NCBI GenBank assembly: GCA_944325255.1
Contig: CALUZH010000029.1
Span: 11,448 to 75,447 of the forward strand
Origin: an uncultured Erysipelotrichaceae bacterium
Lineage (GTDB): Bacteria; Bacillota_I; Bacilli_A; Erysipelotrichales; Erysipelotrichaceae
Direction of reading: 5' to 3'
Length of the DNA stretch: 64,000 bases
Positions 27,520-36,094 of the stretch are shown in pieces. The notes under the pieces were generated by a model. That model saw only the letters and a program-made list of their open reading frames with translations, made no database searches and was not told the origin of the DNA. The translations under genes were made by a program, and so were the position numbers. Numbering within the stretch: position 1 is the first letter of the stretch; every line of letters begins with the position of its first letter.

Positions 27520-28509
27520 ATGAAAAATAAACGCCTTATTTTGATTTTCGGGGTCATTATGGTCTTTTTTACCTGTTTTTCTTTGATGAATAAGAGTTTT
27601 GACCGCTTATCCCGATATCCTTATGAAGATCCTCATGATCGGGAATTAATTGATCATTATTTAAATGATGAAGAAATCGAATATCTTATCGAATATTCGA
27701 TTGCCCCGGCTTATTTTATTAAATATATTGAAAGCCCGGGTTTTAATATTTATCACATCGACAGTTATCAAAAAATTGAAGATAATTATTGGTACTTAAA
27801 TTATGATCAAATCGTTAATTTCACAGAAACGCTTTTAACTTATGATGACGGTTTAAATACCGCTCTTTCCTTAGCTCCTGATTATTATTATGAAGATGTC
27901 TTGACTTGGCTTAAAGATGGCGATGTCTTTAATGCTTCAACGGTGATAATTACTAATCCGGAAGATGAATTGGCTTATTTGGATGATGATCATACGATGT
28001 CCAAACGGGTACCTTATGATTTAGTGAAGCTTAATATCGCCAATAATGGTGAAGAATTTTTATTAAAGGCTGATGCTGCCCAGGCATTTGAACAAATGTG
28101 CAAGGATTTAGCTAAGGAGTTTGGTGGTGAAAGCGGGGGAGTATACTTGGTTTCAGCCTATATATCATATGATGAACAAGTAGCTATTTATCATGAGGCA
28201 ATAAGTCAATATCAGGTTGATTATTTAAAATATGTTGATTATCCAGGCCACAGCGAACATCAATTAGGTTTAGCTGTCGATATTCAAATCGGCAACTACA
28301 GTGATATTCGCGATTCTGAGCAATATACCTGGTTATTGGCTAATGCTTATAAATATGGTTTTGTGCAAACATATACGGCTCAAAGTCAAAAGGAAAACGG
28401 CAAAGATCCGCGTCCTCAGCATTGGCGCTATGTCGGTTTAAAAGCGGCAACAACGATGCATGCAAACAATTGGACCTTAAAGGAGTACTTAAATGATCGG
28501 GGTCTTTGA
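27520..28509 (+). CDS. VanY/M15B-family D-alanyl-D-alanine carboxypeptidase, membrane anchored
   Basis: N-terminal TM. Zn-ligand motif PGHSEHQLGLAVD, NAYKYGF, HWRYVG. AAGGAGAG SD. Confidence 0.8.
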   Translation: MKNKRLILIFGVIMVFFTCFSLMNKSFDRLSRYPYEDPHDRELIDHYLNDEEIEYLIEYSIAPAYFIKYIESPGFNIYHIDSYQKIEDNYWYLNYDQIVNFTETLLTYDDGLNTALSLAPDYYYEDVLTWLKDGDVFNASTVIITNPEDELAYLDDDHTMSKRVPYDLVKLNIANNGEEFLLKADAAQAFEQMCKDLAKEFGGESGGVYLVSAYISYDEQVAIYHEAISQYQVDYLKYVDYPGHSEHQLGLAVDIQIGNYSDIRDSEQYTWLLANAYKYGFVQTYTAQSQKENGKDPRPQHWRYVGLKAATTMHANNWTLKEYLNDRGL

Positions 28510-29200
28510 TTCGGGCCTTGGGGGCTTATTAGTGCTAAATGATTTAGCCAAAGATTATCCCGAGCAACAATTTTTATTTCATCCCGACCGTAAAAATGCC
28601 CCCTTTGGCAACCGATTGGATGATGAACTTCAGGCTATCTTTAAAGAAAATCTAACTTATTTTAAAAAAAGGGGTTGCCAAGATCTCTTGGTAGCCTGCA
28701 ATACCCTATGTTCGACAATAGATTTTAGCACTTATACAGATATCCGGATTCATGATATAATTGAAAAAACCGTAAATACTGTCGATGTTGATAAGCGTGC
28801 TCATATTTTACTTTTAGCGACCGCTAAAACGATTGAAAAAGGGCGCTATGAAAGACTTTTAAAAGCCCGCGGCTATAATAATATTACAGCTTTGGCCTTA
28901 CCTTTACTGGCGACCTTAATTGAAGAATATGCCAGTGAAGAAACGGTCTATGACTATTTAAAGCTGATGTTTAAGGATATTAAAGATGTCGATGCCGTTA
29001 TTTTAGGCTGTACACATTATCCGGCGGTTAAAGAACAGATCAAAGCATTTTTTCCGGTTAAAATCTTTGATTCCAATAATCTTCAATACTCTTTTTTATC
29101 TAATGATAAAAAAGGTGCGGTCTATCTTGATTTACCTAAGGATGAGGGTCTTTTACATTTTCTGGATCATCATCTGGATATTCCTTATCAATTTAAATGA
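28493..29200 (+). CDS. murI: Glutamate racemase (short, 235 aa)
   Basis: GVFDSGLGGL, catalytic-Cys motifs VACNTLCS and GCTHYP. Confidence 0.75.
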   Translation: MIGVFDSGLGGLLVLNDLAKDYPEQQFLFHPDRKNAPFGNRLDDELQAIFKENLTYFKKRGCQDLLVACNTLCSTIDFSTYTDIRIHDIIEKTVNTVDVDKRAHILLLATAKTIEKGRYERLLKARGYNNITALALPLLATLIEEYASEETVYDYLKLMFKDIKDVDAVILGCTHYPAVKEQIKAFFPVKIFDSNNLQYSFLSNDKKGAVYLDLPKDEGLLHFLDHHLDIPYQFK

Positions 29201-29658
29201 AAATCGTCTTAGTATCGGATAATCATGGAGATATAAGCTCCATAAAGAAAATCTTAAATCGTGAACAGGATGGCGAATATTATCTGCATTGCGGTGATTG
29301 CGAAATGTCCAGAGAAGAACTTCGTCCTTTTTCGCCCGTAAAAGGGAATAATGACTATGCTTATGATTATCCGCTTTATAAGGTATTGGAAATCGGGGAT
29401 CATCGTATTTTTATCACCCATGGTCATCGCTATATCATCCTTAATTCCTTAAATGGCCTAGTTGCCAAAGCGCATGAGCTTTGTTGCGATGTCGTCTTTT
29501 TTGGCCATACTCATATCTTCAATGATACGCTGGTTGATGGGGTTCATTTGATTAATCCGGGATCATGTTTTATCAATCGGGATCGCTCTAAGCCGTCTTA
29601 TGCGATAGTAGAATTTATCGGACCACACGTTATCGTCAAAAGAAAAGATGTTGATTGA
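29197..29658 (+). CDS. YfcE/MJ0936-family metallophosphoesterase (YsnB-like)
   Basis: SDNHGD, CGDCE, GNND, THGH, GHTH motif series. ATGA overlap with murI. Confidence 0.85.
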   Translation: MKIVLVSDNHGDISSIKKILNREQDGEYYLHCGDCEMSREELRPFSPVKGNNDYAYDYPLYKVLEIGDHRIFITHGHRYIILNSLNGLVAKAHELCCDVVFFGHTHIFNDTLVDGVHLINPGSCFINRDRSKPSYAIVEFIGPHVIVKRKDVD

Positions 29659-29668
29659 TTTTTTCAGA

Positions 29669-29697
29669 TTGATTTTAAAAGGGAGATTTGCTATTAT
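29669..29697 (+). promoter_or_regulatory. Putative promoter for tRNA-Arg
   Basis: TTGATT, 17 nt spacer, TATTAT. The -10 ends 11 nt before the mature tRNA 5' end. Confidence 0.45.
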
Positions 29698-29708
29698 ATT
29701 TAAGCGAT

Positions 29709-29785
29709 GTCTACGTAGCTCAGTTGGATAGAGCACTCGCCTTCTAAGCGAGCGGTCGTGGGTTCGAATCCCTCCGTGGACGCCA
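29709..29785 (+). tRNA. tRNA-Arg (anticodon TCT), CCA encoded
   Basis: Hand-folded. Acceptor GTCTACG/CGTGGAC. Anticodon stem CTCGC/GCGAG with loop CT-TCT-AA. T-arm GTGGG-TTCGAAT-CCCTC (G-U closing pair). Discriminator G then CCA. Confidence 0.92.
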
Positions 29786-29798
29786 TTTTAATTATTAG

Positions 29799-29841
29799 GT
29801 GTTTGGATCCTTGTTTTATGACATAATCCGAACACTTTTTT
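29799..29841 (+). terminator. Intrinsic terminator after tRNA-Arg
   Basis: 10-bp stem GTGTTTGGAT / ATCCGAACAC (one G-U pair), 17-nt loop, then TTTTTT. Confidence 0.6.
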
Positions 29842-29887
29842 ATTGTTCAGATCATTCTCAAGACAATTTTATAAACGCTTTCATTTA

Positions 29888-29896
29888 TGTTAGAAT
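29888..29896 (+). promoter_or_regulatory. Extended -10 TGTTAGAAT upstream of the paralogue pair
   Basis: TGnTAGAAT about 200 nt upstream of the first paralogue. Followed 4 nt later by a small ATG ORF (29901-29957). Confidence 0.35.
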
Positions 29897-30102
29897 GACA
29901 ATGAACAGGAAGAAGTTATATTTAAATATGATTTTTGCTAAGCAATTATATCTCTAGCTTTAGTATTAATTGTTTTGATTCCAGTGGAAATTATGATCCT
30001 ATTTCAAAAACCGAAAAAAGCTAAGGTGGTTGCCTGAGAGAGTATGGGCTTACTATACTCTTGATATATATAGTAGCCGGTAATTATAAAATGGTTTCAT
30101 CT

Positions 30103-30849
30103 ATGAAAAAAGATAAGATCTTTAAAATTATCATGATTTTGATAATCATAGCGGAATTGCTGCTAATTTTTGTCATGTCCAATGATAGCGAAGAAGATGA
30201 TCATTGTAGTTATCAAACACTTAATAGCTGCCGTCGGGTATATGAAATTAAGGAAGATGATTTCTTAGAAAATAAGAAGGTATATGAAGGTGATTATGCT
30301 TATTTGAATTTTGCCTATTTTGCTAAGCGCAATAATTTAAATATTGATGATGAAGCTTGTGCGATATGGGAAGATGATAGGTGCTTAAAGTTAAATGATG
30401 AGCAATATTATTATGATATCAGGGCTATATTAGAGGATTTAAAAGCTAACAGTATCTTATCTAAAGAAGCCTTGCAGCTTGATTATGCTGATTATTTAAT
30501 GGTATGTGAAGATGCAGTTTATGAGAATACTTTATTTTATAAACTCTTAAATGAGGATTTCGAAATAATACCCATTCCATCGGCTTATAATAATTTAAAT
30601 GTTACGATGATATCACATTTCAACGGCGAAGATGTCCAATATCATACTGATACTTATGCTTTTTTTGCTAAACAGGACAATGATATTAATGATGGCTATG
30701 CCAATGTAGCATTGAGTTTAACGGAAATAGATGAAGCCTATCTTTTATCTTTGAGCTATAGTTATGTGATTGATTATGAAGATACCACATATAATCGAAA
30801 TTATGAAAAAGATATCCGCTATGTGGCCTATGGCTATGTTTTAAAATAA
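30103..30849 (+). CDS. Hypothetical membrane-anchored extracytoplasmic protein, paralogue 1 (Cys/Tyr/acidic rich)
   Basis: Long ORF. N-terminal signal-anchor KIFKIIMILIIIAELLLIFV. Clear paralogy to the next gene. Start uncertain (30061 TTG, 30091 or 30103 ATG; no good SD). Confidence 0.6.
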   Translation: MKKDKIFKIIMILIIIAELLLIFVMSNDSEEDDHCSYQTLNSCRRVYEIKEDDFLENKKVYEGDYAYLNFAYFAKRNNLNIDDEACAIWEDDRCLKLNDEQYYYDIRAILEDLKANSILSKEALQLDYADYLMVCEDAVYENTLFYKLLNEDFEIIPIPSAYNNLNVTMISHFNGEDVQYHTDTYAFFAKQDNDINDGYANVALSLTEIDEAYLLSLSYSYVIDYEDTTYNRNYEKDIRYVAYGYVLK

Positions 30850-30860
30850 TGAGGTGGCTT

Positions 30861-31559
30861 ATGAATAAAAAGAGTTTAATTAATTGGCTGTTAGTATTGG
30901 TAAGTCTTTTTCTATTGGTTTATATCATCATGAATTTGGGCAATGAAGGCGAGCAGATATATAGTTGCCGCAAAATAAATGATTTTGATGAGGATATTTT
31001 TACTAATAATAAATATGTTTATGATGGGGATTTTGCTTATTTGAATTTTGCTTATTATGACAATTATGATTTATATGCCATGGATGAATTTTGTATCTTA
31101 AAAGATGACGGAATGCCTAGAAACTATGCTTGTGAAATTGATCATTCGAAATTATATTATTATGATTTAGCAACGATCTTAGATAGTATTAATCCTTATA
31201 TGGTTTTAAGCGATGAAGGGGATAATAAGGGATGCAATAGATGCGAAGAGATCTTATATAAAGATACTTTGGTTTATCAATTATTAAATGCGGATAATAA
31301 AATTATCCCAATGCCTTCCTGCTATCGAGGAATTATTGATATGCATGGGGGAAGAAATGAAAATGTCGATATTTATCATTATAATTTTTATGACCGCCAG
31401 CAAGAAGATACTTTTGATGGTTTAGCATTAGTAAGCTTAGAATTAATTGATTTAGATGAAGCCTGGGTCATTAGCTTGCAATATCGATATGCTTATGAAG
31501 AAAACGGTGAGCATATAGAAAAGATCTTTCCGTCCTATGGCTACATTTTGAAAATTTAG
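30861..31559 (+). CDS. Hypothetical membrane-anchored extracytoplasmic protein, paralogue 2
   Basis: Signal-anchor LINWLLVLVSLFLLVYIIM. Shared blocks with paralogue 1: GDFAYLNFAY, YYYD, IIPMPS, YGYILK. GAGGTGG SD before the ATG at 30861; an alternative ATG at 30849 overlaps the upstream stop. Confidence 0.6.
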   Translation: MNKKSLINWLLVLVSLFLLVYIIMNLGNEGEQIYSCRKINDFDEDIFTNNKYVYDGDFAYLNFAYYDNYDLYAMDEFCILKDDGMPRNYACEIDHSKLYYYDLATILDSINPYMVLSDEGDNKGCNRCEEILYKDTLVYQLLNADNKIIPMPSCYRGIIDMHGGRNENVDIYHYNFYDRQQEDTFDGLALVSLELIDLDEAWVISLQYRYAYEENGEHIEKIFPSYGYILKI

Positions 31560-31641
31560 TAACTTGCGTTTTTAAGCTTGAGCGAACTAGCGATTAGTAA
31601 GCATTGCTTTTTGTATGCAGATTTGCAGTTTTTTTGTATTT

Positions 31642-31832
31642 TATAATGGTAAATACTTGCAAATAAAGGCTAAATAGCATATTATTTTAAAGTAATAAAA
31701 AGTAAGTAGAAAGAAGAAGACCACTTCTCACCTGAAATCCTATGGGTTTGGGTAATGCAATATTGCTACTGAAAGGTATGTGATATATGGTGGGCTTTGA
31801 CTCACTTTTTATTTTTATTGGAGGTGTCATTT
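31642..31832 (+). promoter_or_regulatory. infC promoter (-10 TATAAT at 31642-31647) plus about 180-nt leader; candidate L20-responsive leader
   Basis: Long untranslated leader ends in a weak hairpin (GTGGG/CTCAC) and TTTTTATTTTTATT just before the SD. Position is equivalent to the Firmicute L20 leader. The structure was not verified. Confidence 0.35.
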
Positions 31833-32357
31833 ATCACAAGACGAAATCAAAACGATGACTTAGTAAACGATGCAATTCGTTTTAAAGAAGTATTGGTCAT
31901 TGGCCCAAGCGGTGAACAATTGGGTGTTATGATGCGACGCGAAGCACTGGAAAAAGCCTACGAAATGGATTTAGATCTTTTATGTGTTGCTCCTCATGCG
32001 CAACCGCCGGTATGTAAAATACTGGATTATGGTAAACATCGTTTTGAGGCTCAAAAGAAGGCTAAGGAAGCTAAGAAAAATCAGCATATGACGGAAGTTA
32101 AACCGTTACGCTTATCGCCGGTTATTGACAAGCATGACTTTGATACAAAAGTTAATCAATCTAATAAATGGTTGACAGCCGGTATGAAAGTAAAGATTGA
32201 CATGCGTTTCCGCGGGCGTTTGATTACCCGTCAGGAAGTCGGCATGAAAATTATGAATGATTTTATTGCTGCCTTGTCGGAAGTTTCCAATGTTGAGAAA
32301 AAACCTTCCCTTGAAGGTAATATTATGTCTTGTGTACTTGCACCTAAAAAGAAATAG
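31833..32357 (+). CDS. infC: Translation initiation factor IF-3, predicted non-AUG (ATC) start
   Basis: GGAGGTG SD lies 6 nt before the in-frame ATC. The product (I/M)TRRNQNDDLVNDAIRFKEVLVIGPSGEQLG matches IF3 N-termini. The track start 31797 (TTG) lies in the leader hairpin without an SD. Confidence 0.85.
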   Translation: MTRRNQNDDLVNDAIRFKEVLVIGPSGEQLGVMMRREALEKAYEMDLDLLCVAPHAQPPVCKILDYGKHRFEAQKKAKEAKKNQHMTEVKPLRLSPVIDKHDFDTKVNQSNKWLTAGMKVKIDMRFRGRLITRQEVGMKIMNDFIAALSEVSNVEKKPSLEGNIMSCVLAPKKK

Positions 32358-32369
32358 GAGGGTTATCAA

Positions 32370-32564
32370 ATGCCAAAGATGAAGACAAAGAGAACTTTTG
32401 CTAAAAGAGTAAAAGTTACCGGCACCGGTAAGCTTAAAAGACATCATGCTTACACATCACACTTTGCTGCCAACAAAACACACAAACAGAAAGTTCAATT
32501 ACGCAAGGCCGGACTTGTTTCTGCCAGTGATTTAAAACGCGTAAGAGATTTATTACAAGGATAG
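32370..32564 (+). CDS. rpmI: 50S ribosomal protein L35
   Basis: [31 protein letters not shown] is canonical L35. AGGAGG SD. Confidence 0.95.
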   Translation: MPKMKTKRTFAKRVKVTGTGKLKRHHAYTSHFAANKTHKQKVQLRKAGLVSASDLKRVRDLLQG

Positions 32565-32576
32565 GAGGTTAAACAG

Positions 32577-32936
32577 ATGGCAAGAGTTAAAGGTTCAACT
32601 CCTACAAGAAACAGACGTAAGAGAGTTTTAAAATTAGCCAAGGGTTATTTTGGTTCTAAGCATTTATTATATCGTACTGCCAATGAACAGGTAATGCGTT
32701 CTTTGCGTTATTCTTATATTGGTCGTAAGCAGGCTAAAAGAGAATTCCGTAAATTATGGATTGCCAGAATTAATGCTGCTGCCAGAATGAATGGTATGAG
32801 CTATTCTAATTTAATGCATGGCTTAAAATTGGCTGATGTAGAAATCAACCGTAAGATGTTGTCAGAAATCGCTATTGCCGATCCTCAAGGATTCAAAGCA
32901 ATCTGCGAAACTGCTGCTTCAGCATTAAAAAAATAA
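32577..32936 (+). CDS. rplT: 50S ribosomal protein L20
   Basis: [26 protein letters not shown] is canonical L20. AGGAGG SD. Confidence 0.95.
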   Translation: MARVKGSTPTRNRRKRVLKLAKGYFGSKHLLYRTANEQVMRSLRYSYIGRKQAKREFRKLWIARINAAARMNGMSYSNLMHGLKLADVEINRKMLSEIAIADPQGFKAICETAASALKK

Positions 32937-32956
32937 ATAAGAGCTTAGCTCTTATT
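32936..32956 (+). other. Stem-loop between rplT and tRNA-Glu, without a U-tract
   Basis: 9-bp stem AATAAGAGC / GCTCTTATT, loop TTA. Ends 2 nt before the tRNA 5' end. Probably a processing or stability element rather than a terminator. Confidence 0.35.
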
Positions 32957-32958
32957 AT

Positions 32959-33034
32959 GGCTCGTTGGTGAAATGGTTAACACATTGCCCTCTCAAGGCA
33001 ACATTCACGGGTTCAAATCCCGTACGAGTCACCA
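32959..33034 (+). tRNA. tRNA-Glu (anticodon CTC), CCA encoded
   Basis: Hand-folded. Acceptor GGCTCGT/ACGAGTC. 3-bp D stem GTG/CAC. Anticodon stem TTGCC/GGCAA with loop CT-CTC-AA. T-arm ACGGG-TTCAAAT-CCCGT. Overall very similar to B. subtilis tRNA-Glu. Confidence 0.9.
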
Positions 33035-33074
33035 TTTATCGTTTTTTTCATGTATTTAGTTTCTTTTCTTTTCA

Positions 33075-33107
33075 TTCACTGCCTTTATGGCGGTGAATCT
33101 TTTTTTT
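33075..33107 (+). terminator. Intrinsic terminator after tRNA-Glu
   Basis: 9-bp stem TTCACTGCC / GGCGGTGAA (one G-U pair), loop TTTAT, then TCTTTTTTTT. Confidence 0.75.
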
Positions 33108-33110
33108 GTC

Positions 33111-33144
33111 AAAATAAAACCGGAACATTTTGTCCGGTTTTTTT
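33111..33144 (-). terminator. Intrinsic terminator of gltX (usable in both directions)
   Basis: Stem AAAACCGGA(A)C / GTCCGGTTTT with one bulge, loop ATTTT. U-run on the minus strand (TTTTATTTT). Abuts the gltX stop. Confidence 0.65.
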
Positions 33145-34597
33145 ATCCTAATTTATTTAATGCGGTGTCAATGCGTTTTAAGCTTTCATCTTTACCGAGA
33201 ATCAAAGATAATTCTATCGCTCCTCCCGGGGTGAAGGCCTTTCCTGATAAGGCCACTCTTACCGGATAAAGCAACATGCCGTTTTTAATTTCCATTTTTT
33301 GGGCCAAGGTGATTAATTGATCATGGATATTATCATGATTCCAAGCAGTTAGTGATGATAATACTTCTTTGGCAGCAGCTAATGATTTTTTGGCGACTTC
33401 CGGGGTAGTTTTCATCTTTTTGTTGGTGAAAAGATCAATATCATAATCCGGCAATTCATCTAAGAAATCAAGCATTTCCGGAATCTCTGTTAAGGTATTG
33501 GCCCGTTCTTTTAAGATGGCGGCAATTTCCGTCAAGGGATAATCTTTTTTAACACTTTGGGATACATATGGCTTAATAAGGGATATGTATTTATCCATCG
33601 GCATATCACGAAGATAGACACCATTCATCCATTTCAATTTTTCAATATCAAAGATAGCTCCGGAAGTATTGATGCGTTTAACATCAAAGGCTTGACATAG
33701 CTCCGGTAATGAATATATTTCCCGATCTTCACTCGGTGACCAGCCAAGTAAGGCAATATAATTTAATATCGCTTCCGGAAGATAGCCTTTTTCTACTAAA
33801 TCCTGGAAAGAAGCATCACCATTGCGTTTAGATAATTTATGATGTTCATCCTTCATAACCGGCGGGCAGTGAATATAGCGGGGCTTATCCCAGCCGAAGG
33901 CTTCATATATCAGGTTATATTTAGGGGTTGAGGAGAGATATTCATTGCCTCTTACGACATCGGTAATAGCCATTAAATGGTCATCGATGACATTGGCAAA
34001 GTTATATGTCGGATAACCATCCGATTTTAAAAGAATCATTTCATCAAGCGTAGAATTATCGACGCTTATTGTGCCATATACTTCATCGTGGAAGGAGGTA
34101 GTGCCGTTAGGATCAATGTTTTGTCTAATGACATATGGTTCACCGGCTTTAATGCGGGCTTCGACTTCCTCCTTACTTAGCTTTTTACATGGATCAATAT
34201 AAATGAAAGATTCGCCACGGGCTTCGGCTACTTCTTTTTGAGCTTGGATATCTTCTTCCTTGCAAAAACAGATATGAGCCTTGCCTTTTTCGACAAGTTC
34301 CATGGCATATTTATGGTATATGCCGCTTTTCATTCTCTCGGATTGGACATAAGGACCAAAATCGCCGCCGACATCCGGACCTTCGTCATGATTTAAGCCG
34401 CAAGCTTTTAAAGTATCAAAAATGATATCGGTAGCTCCCTCGATGAGACGCTGTTGGTCAGTATCTTCAATTCTTAAGATGAAGCTTCCATCCGGATGCT
34501 TCTTGGCAATCAGATAGGCATATAATGCCGTACGCAGATTGCCGATATGCATATAGCCGGTCGGGCTTGGTGCAAAACGTGTACGTATTTTTTCCAT
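33143..34597 (-). CDS. gltX: Glutamyl-tRNA synthetase
   Basis: RFAPSPTGYMHIGNLRTALY (HIGH), KLSKRNG (KMSKS). 484 aa. Confidence 0.95.
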   Translation of the reverse strand: MEKIRTRFAPSPTGYMHIGNLRTALYAYLIAKKHPDGSFILRIEDTDQQRLIEGATDIIFDTLKACGLNHDEGPDVGGDFGPYVQSERMKSGIYHKYAMELVEKGKAHICFCKEEDIQAQKEVAEARGESFIYIDPCKKLSKEEVEARIKAGEPYVIRQNIDPNGTTSFHDEVYGTISVDNSTLDEMILLKSDGYPTYNFANVIDDHLMAITDVVRGNEYLSSTPKYNLIYEAFGWDKPRYIHCPPVMKDEHHKLSKRNGDASFQDLVEKGYLPEAILNYIALLGWSPSEDREIYSLPELCQAFDVKRINTSGAIFDIEKLKWMNGVYLRDMPMDKYISLIKPYVSQSVKKDYPLTEIAAILKERANTLTEIPEMLDFLDELPDYDIDLFTNKKMKTTPEVAKKSLAAAKEVLSSLTAWNHDNIHDQLITLAQKMEIKNGMLLYPVRVALSGKAFTPGGAIELSLILGKDESLKRIDTALNKLG

Positions 34598-34625
34598 TTC
34601 TAAACCTCTTATTTATCCTCAATAT

Positions 34626-34634
34626 ATTATCGCA
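34626..34634 (-). promoter_or_regulatory. Extended -10 TGCGATAAT for gltX
   Basis: The minus strand reads TGCGATAAT, about 28 nt upstream of the ATG, with AAGAGG SD in between. Confidence 0.4.
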
Positions 34635-34718
34635 AAAATGCCTTAAAATAAAGATTTTAGGGGCTTTCTTTTTATAAATTGTCGTATTATAATGACTCTC
34701 AGGAGTGCTATTTGATAT

Positions 34719-36086
34719 ATGTTAAAACAGAATCCTTTCAAAAAATATCGTCCGGAAGTAACGTTGACAATATCCTTTGCCGCCGTTATCTTAGTCGGAG
34801 CATGTTTGTTAACTTTGGATATATCTAATGCCAAAACCGGGATCAGCTTTATCGATGCGCTTTTTACGGCAACAACAGCTACCTGTGTTACAGGTTTAGT
34901 TACGGTTGTGCCGGCTGAACAGTTTACCATTTTCGGACAAGTAGTGGTATTACTTTTGATTCAAATTGGCGGTTTGGGTTTAATGACCTTTGTATCGGTT
35001 ATTTTATTATTCATGCGCGCCAAATTGGAATTTAAAGAGAAACTGTTACTTAAGGATGCATTGAATAAAGATGATTTCCAAGGAGTAGGGGGATATATCA
35101 AAGCAATTATCCGCTATACATTCATTATTGAATTTATCGGTTTCCTTTTTTTATTTTCGCAAATGTATAAGGGCGAGAATTTGCCGATGGAATTGTTTCA
35201 AGCTTTATTTACGGCCATATCGGCATTCTGTAACGCCGGTATAGATAACTTGGGACCTAATTCATTGATGATGTATCAATCTAATGTCGTAGTCAATCTG
35301 ACGGTCTCCTTCTTGATTATTTTGGGTGGTATCGGTTTTGCTGTATGGTTTGATATTGCGCATAACCTTAAATTGGCCAGTCGCTCTTTACATAAGATTA
35401 AAGACTTTTCGCGGCGTTTAAGAATCAATACCAAAATTGCCGTAATGGTTACTTTATTTTTGATATTCGGCGGTATGGCGCTCATATTTATTATTGAATA
35501 TGATAATGCCCTGGCTGGATTGACCTTGCCTGATAAGCTTATGGCTTCCTTTTTTAACTCGGTAACTTTGCGGACTGCCGGCTTTTTTACCATCGATTAT
35601 ACTATTCTACATGATGCCACAAAACTTATTATGATTATTTTGATGTTTATCGGCGGTTCGCCGGGCGGTACAGCCGGTGGTATCAAAACAACAACTTTCT
35701 TTTTATTACTTTATACTATTACTTCGCTTATCCGCGAACAAAGTAATGTTCACTTCTTTAAGCGCCAAGTCCAGCCCGGTAATATTATCAGAGCCTTTGT
35801 GATCTTGCTGGTATATTTAATGATTGTCTTGGCAGCTACTTTCTTTTTAACAATTTTGGAAAATCAATCATTTGTCGATATTGTCTTTGAAGTGGTTTCA
35901 GCTTTAGGCACTGTCGGCTTGACATGCGGTATTACCACATCCTTATGCAGTTTATCCAAAATTATTATTATTGCCTGTATGTTTTTAGGCCGGGTAGGTC
36001 CGATAACCATCGCCTCTTCTTTAAGACGAAAGGCTAAAAATGATAAGGATGTACGTTATCCGTCAGTTGATATTGTAGTGGGGTAA
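34719..36086 (+). CDS. ktrB: K+ uptake membrane subunit KtrB/TrkH family
   Basis: Four pore-loop repeats with selectivity glycines (CVTGL, CNAGI, RTAGF, GTVGLT). About 8-10 TM helices. Confidence 0.88.
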   Translation: MLKQNPFKKYRPEVTLTISFAAVILVGACLLTLDISNAKTGISFIDALFTATTATCVTGLVTVVPAEQFTIFGQVVVLLLIQIGGLGLMTFVSVILLFMRAKLEFKEKLLLKDALNKDDFQGVGGYIKAIIRYTFIIEFIGFLFLFSQMYKGENLPMELFQALFTAISAFCNAGIDNLGPNSLMMYQSNVVVNLTVSFLIILGGIGFAVWFDIAHNLKLASRSLHKIKDFSRRLRINTKIAVMVTLFLIFGGMALIFIIEYDNALAGLTLPDKLMASFFNSVTLRTAGFFTIDYTILHDATKLIMIILMFIGGSPGGTAGGIKTTTFFLLLYTITSLIREQSNVHFFKRQVQPGNIIRAFVILLVYLMIVLAATFFLTILENQSFVDIVFEVVSALGTVGLTCGITTSLCSLSKIIIIACMFLGRVGPITIASSLRRKAKNDKDVRYPSVDIVVG

Positions 36087-36094
36087 ATTAATTT

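Noticed and set aside
29786-31559. The tRNA-Arg-adjacent islet as an integrated mobile element or genomic island
   Set aside because: There is no integrase, transposase or phage gene. I could find no direct repeat of the tRNA-Arg 3' end downstream, and the islet is only two genes long. It is kept as an islet of unknown origin, not called a mobile element.
34643-34930. 95-aa minus-strand ORF spanning the gltX/ktrB intergenic region and the ktrB 5' end
   Set aside because: It overlaps the ktrB coding start in antisense. It has no SD and no motifs, and it would occupy the divergent promoter region.
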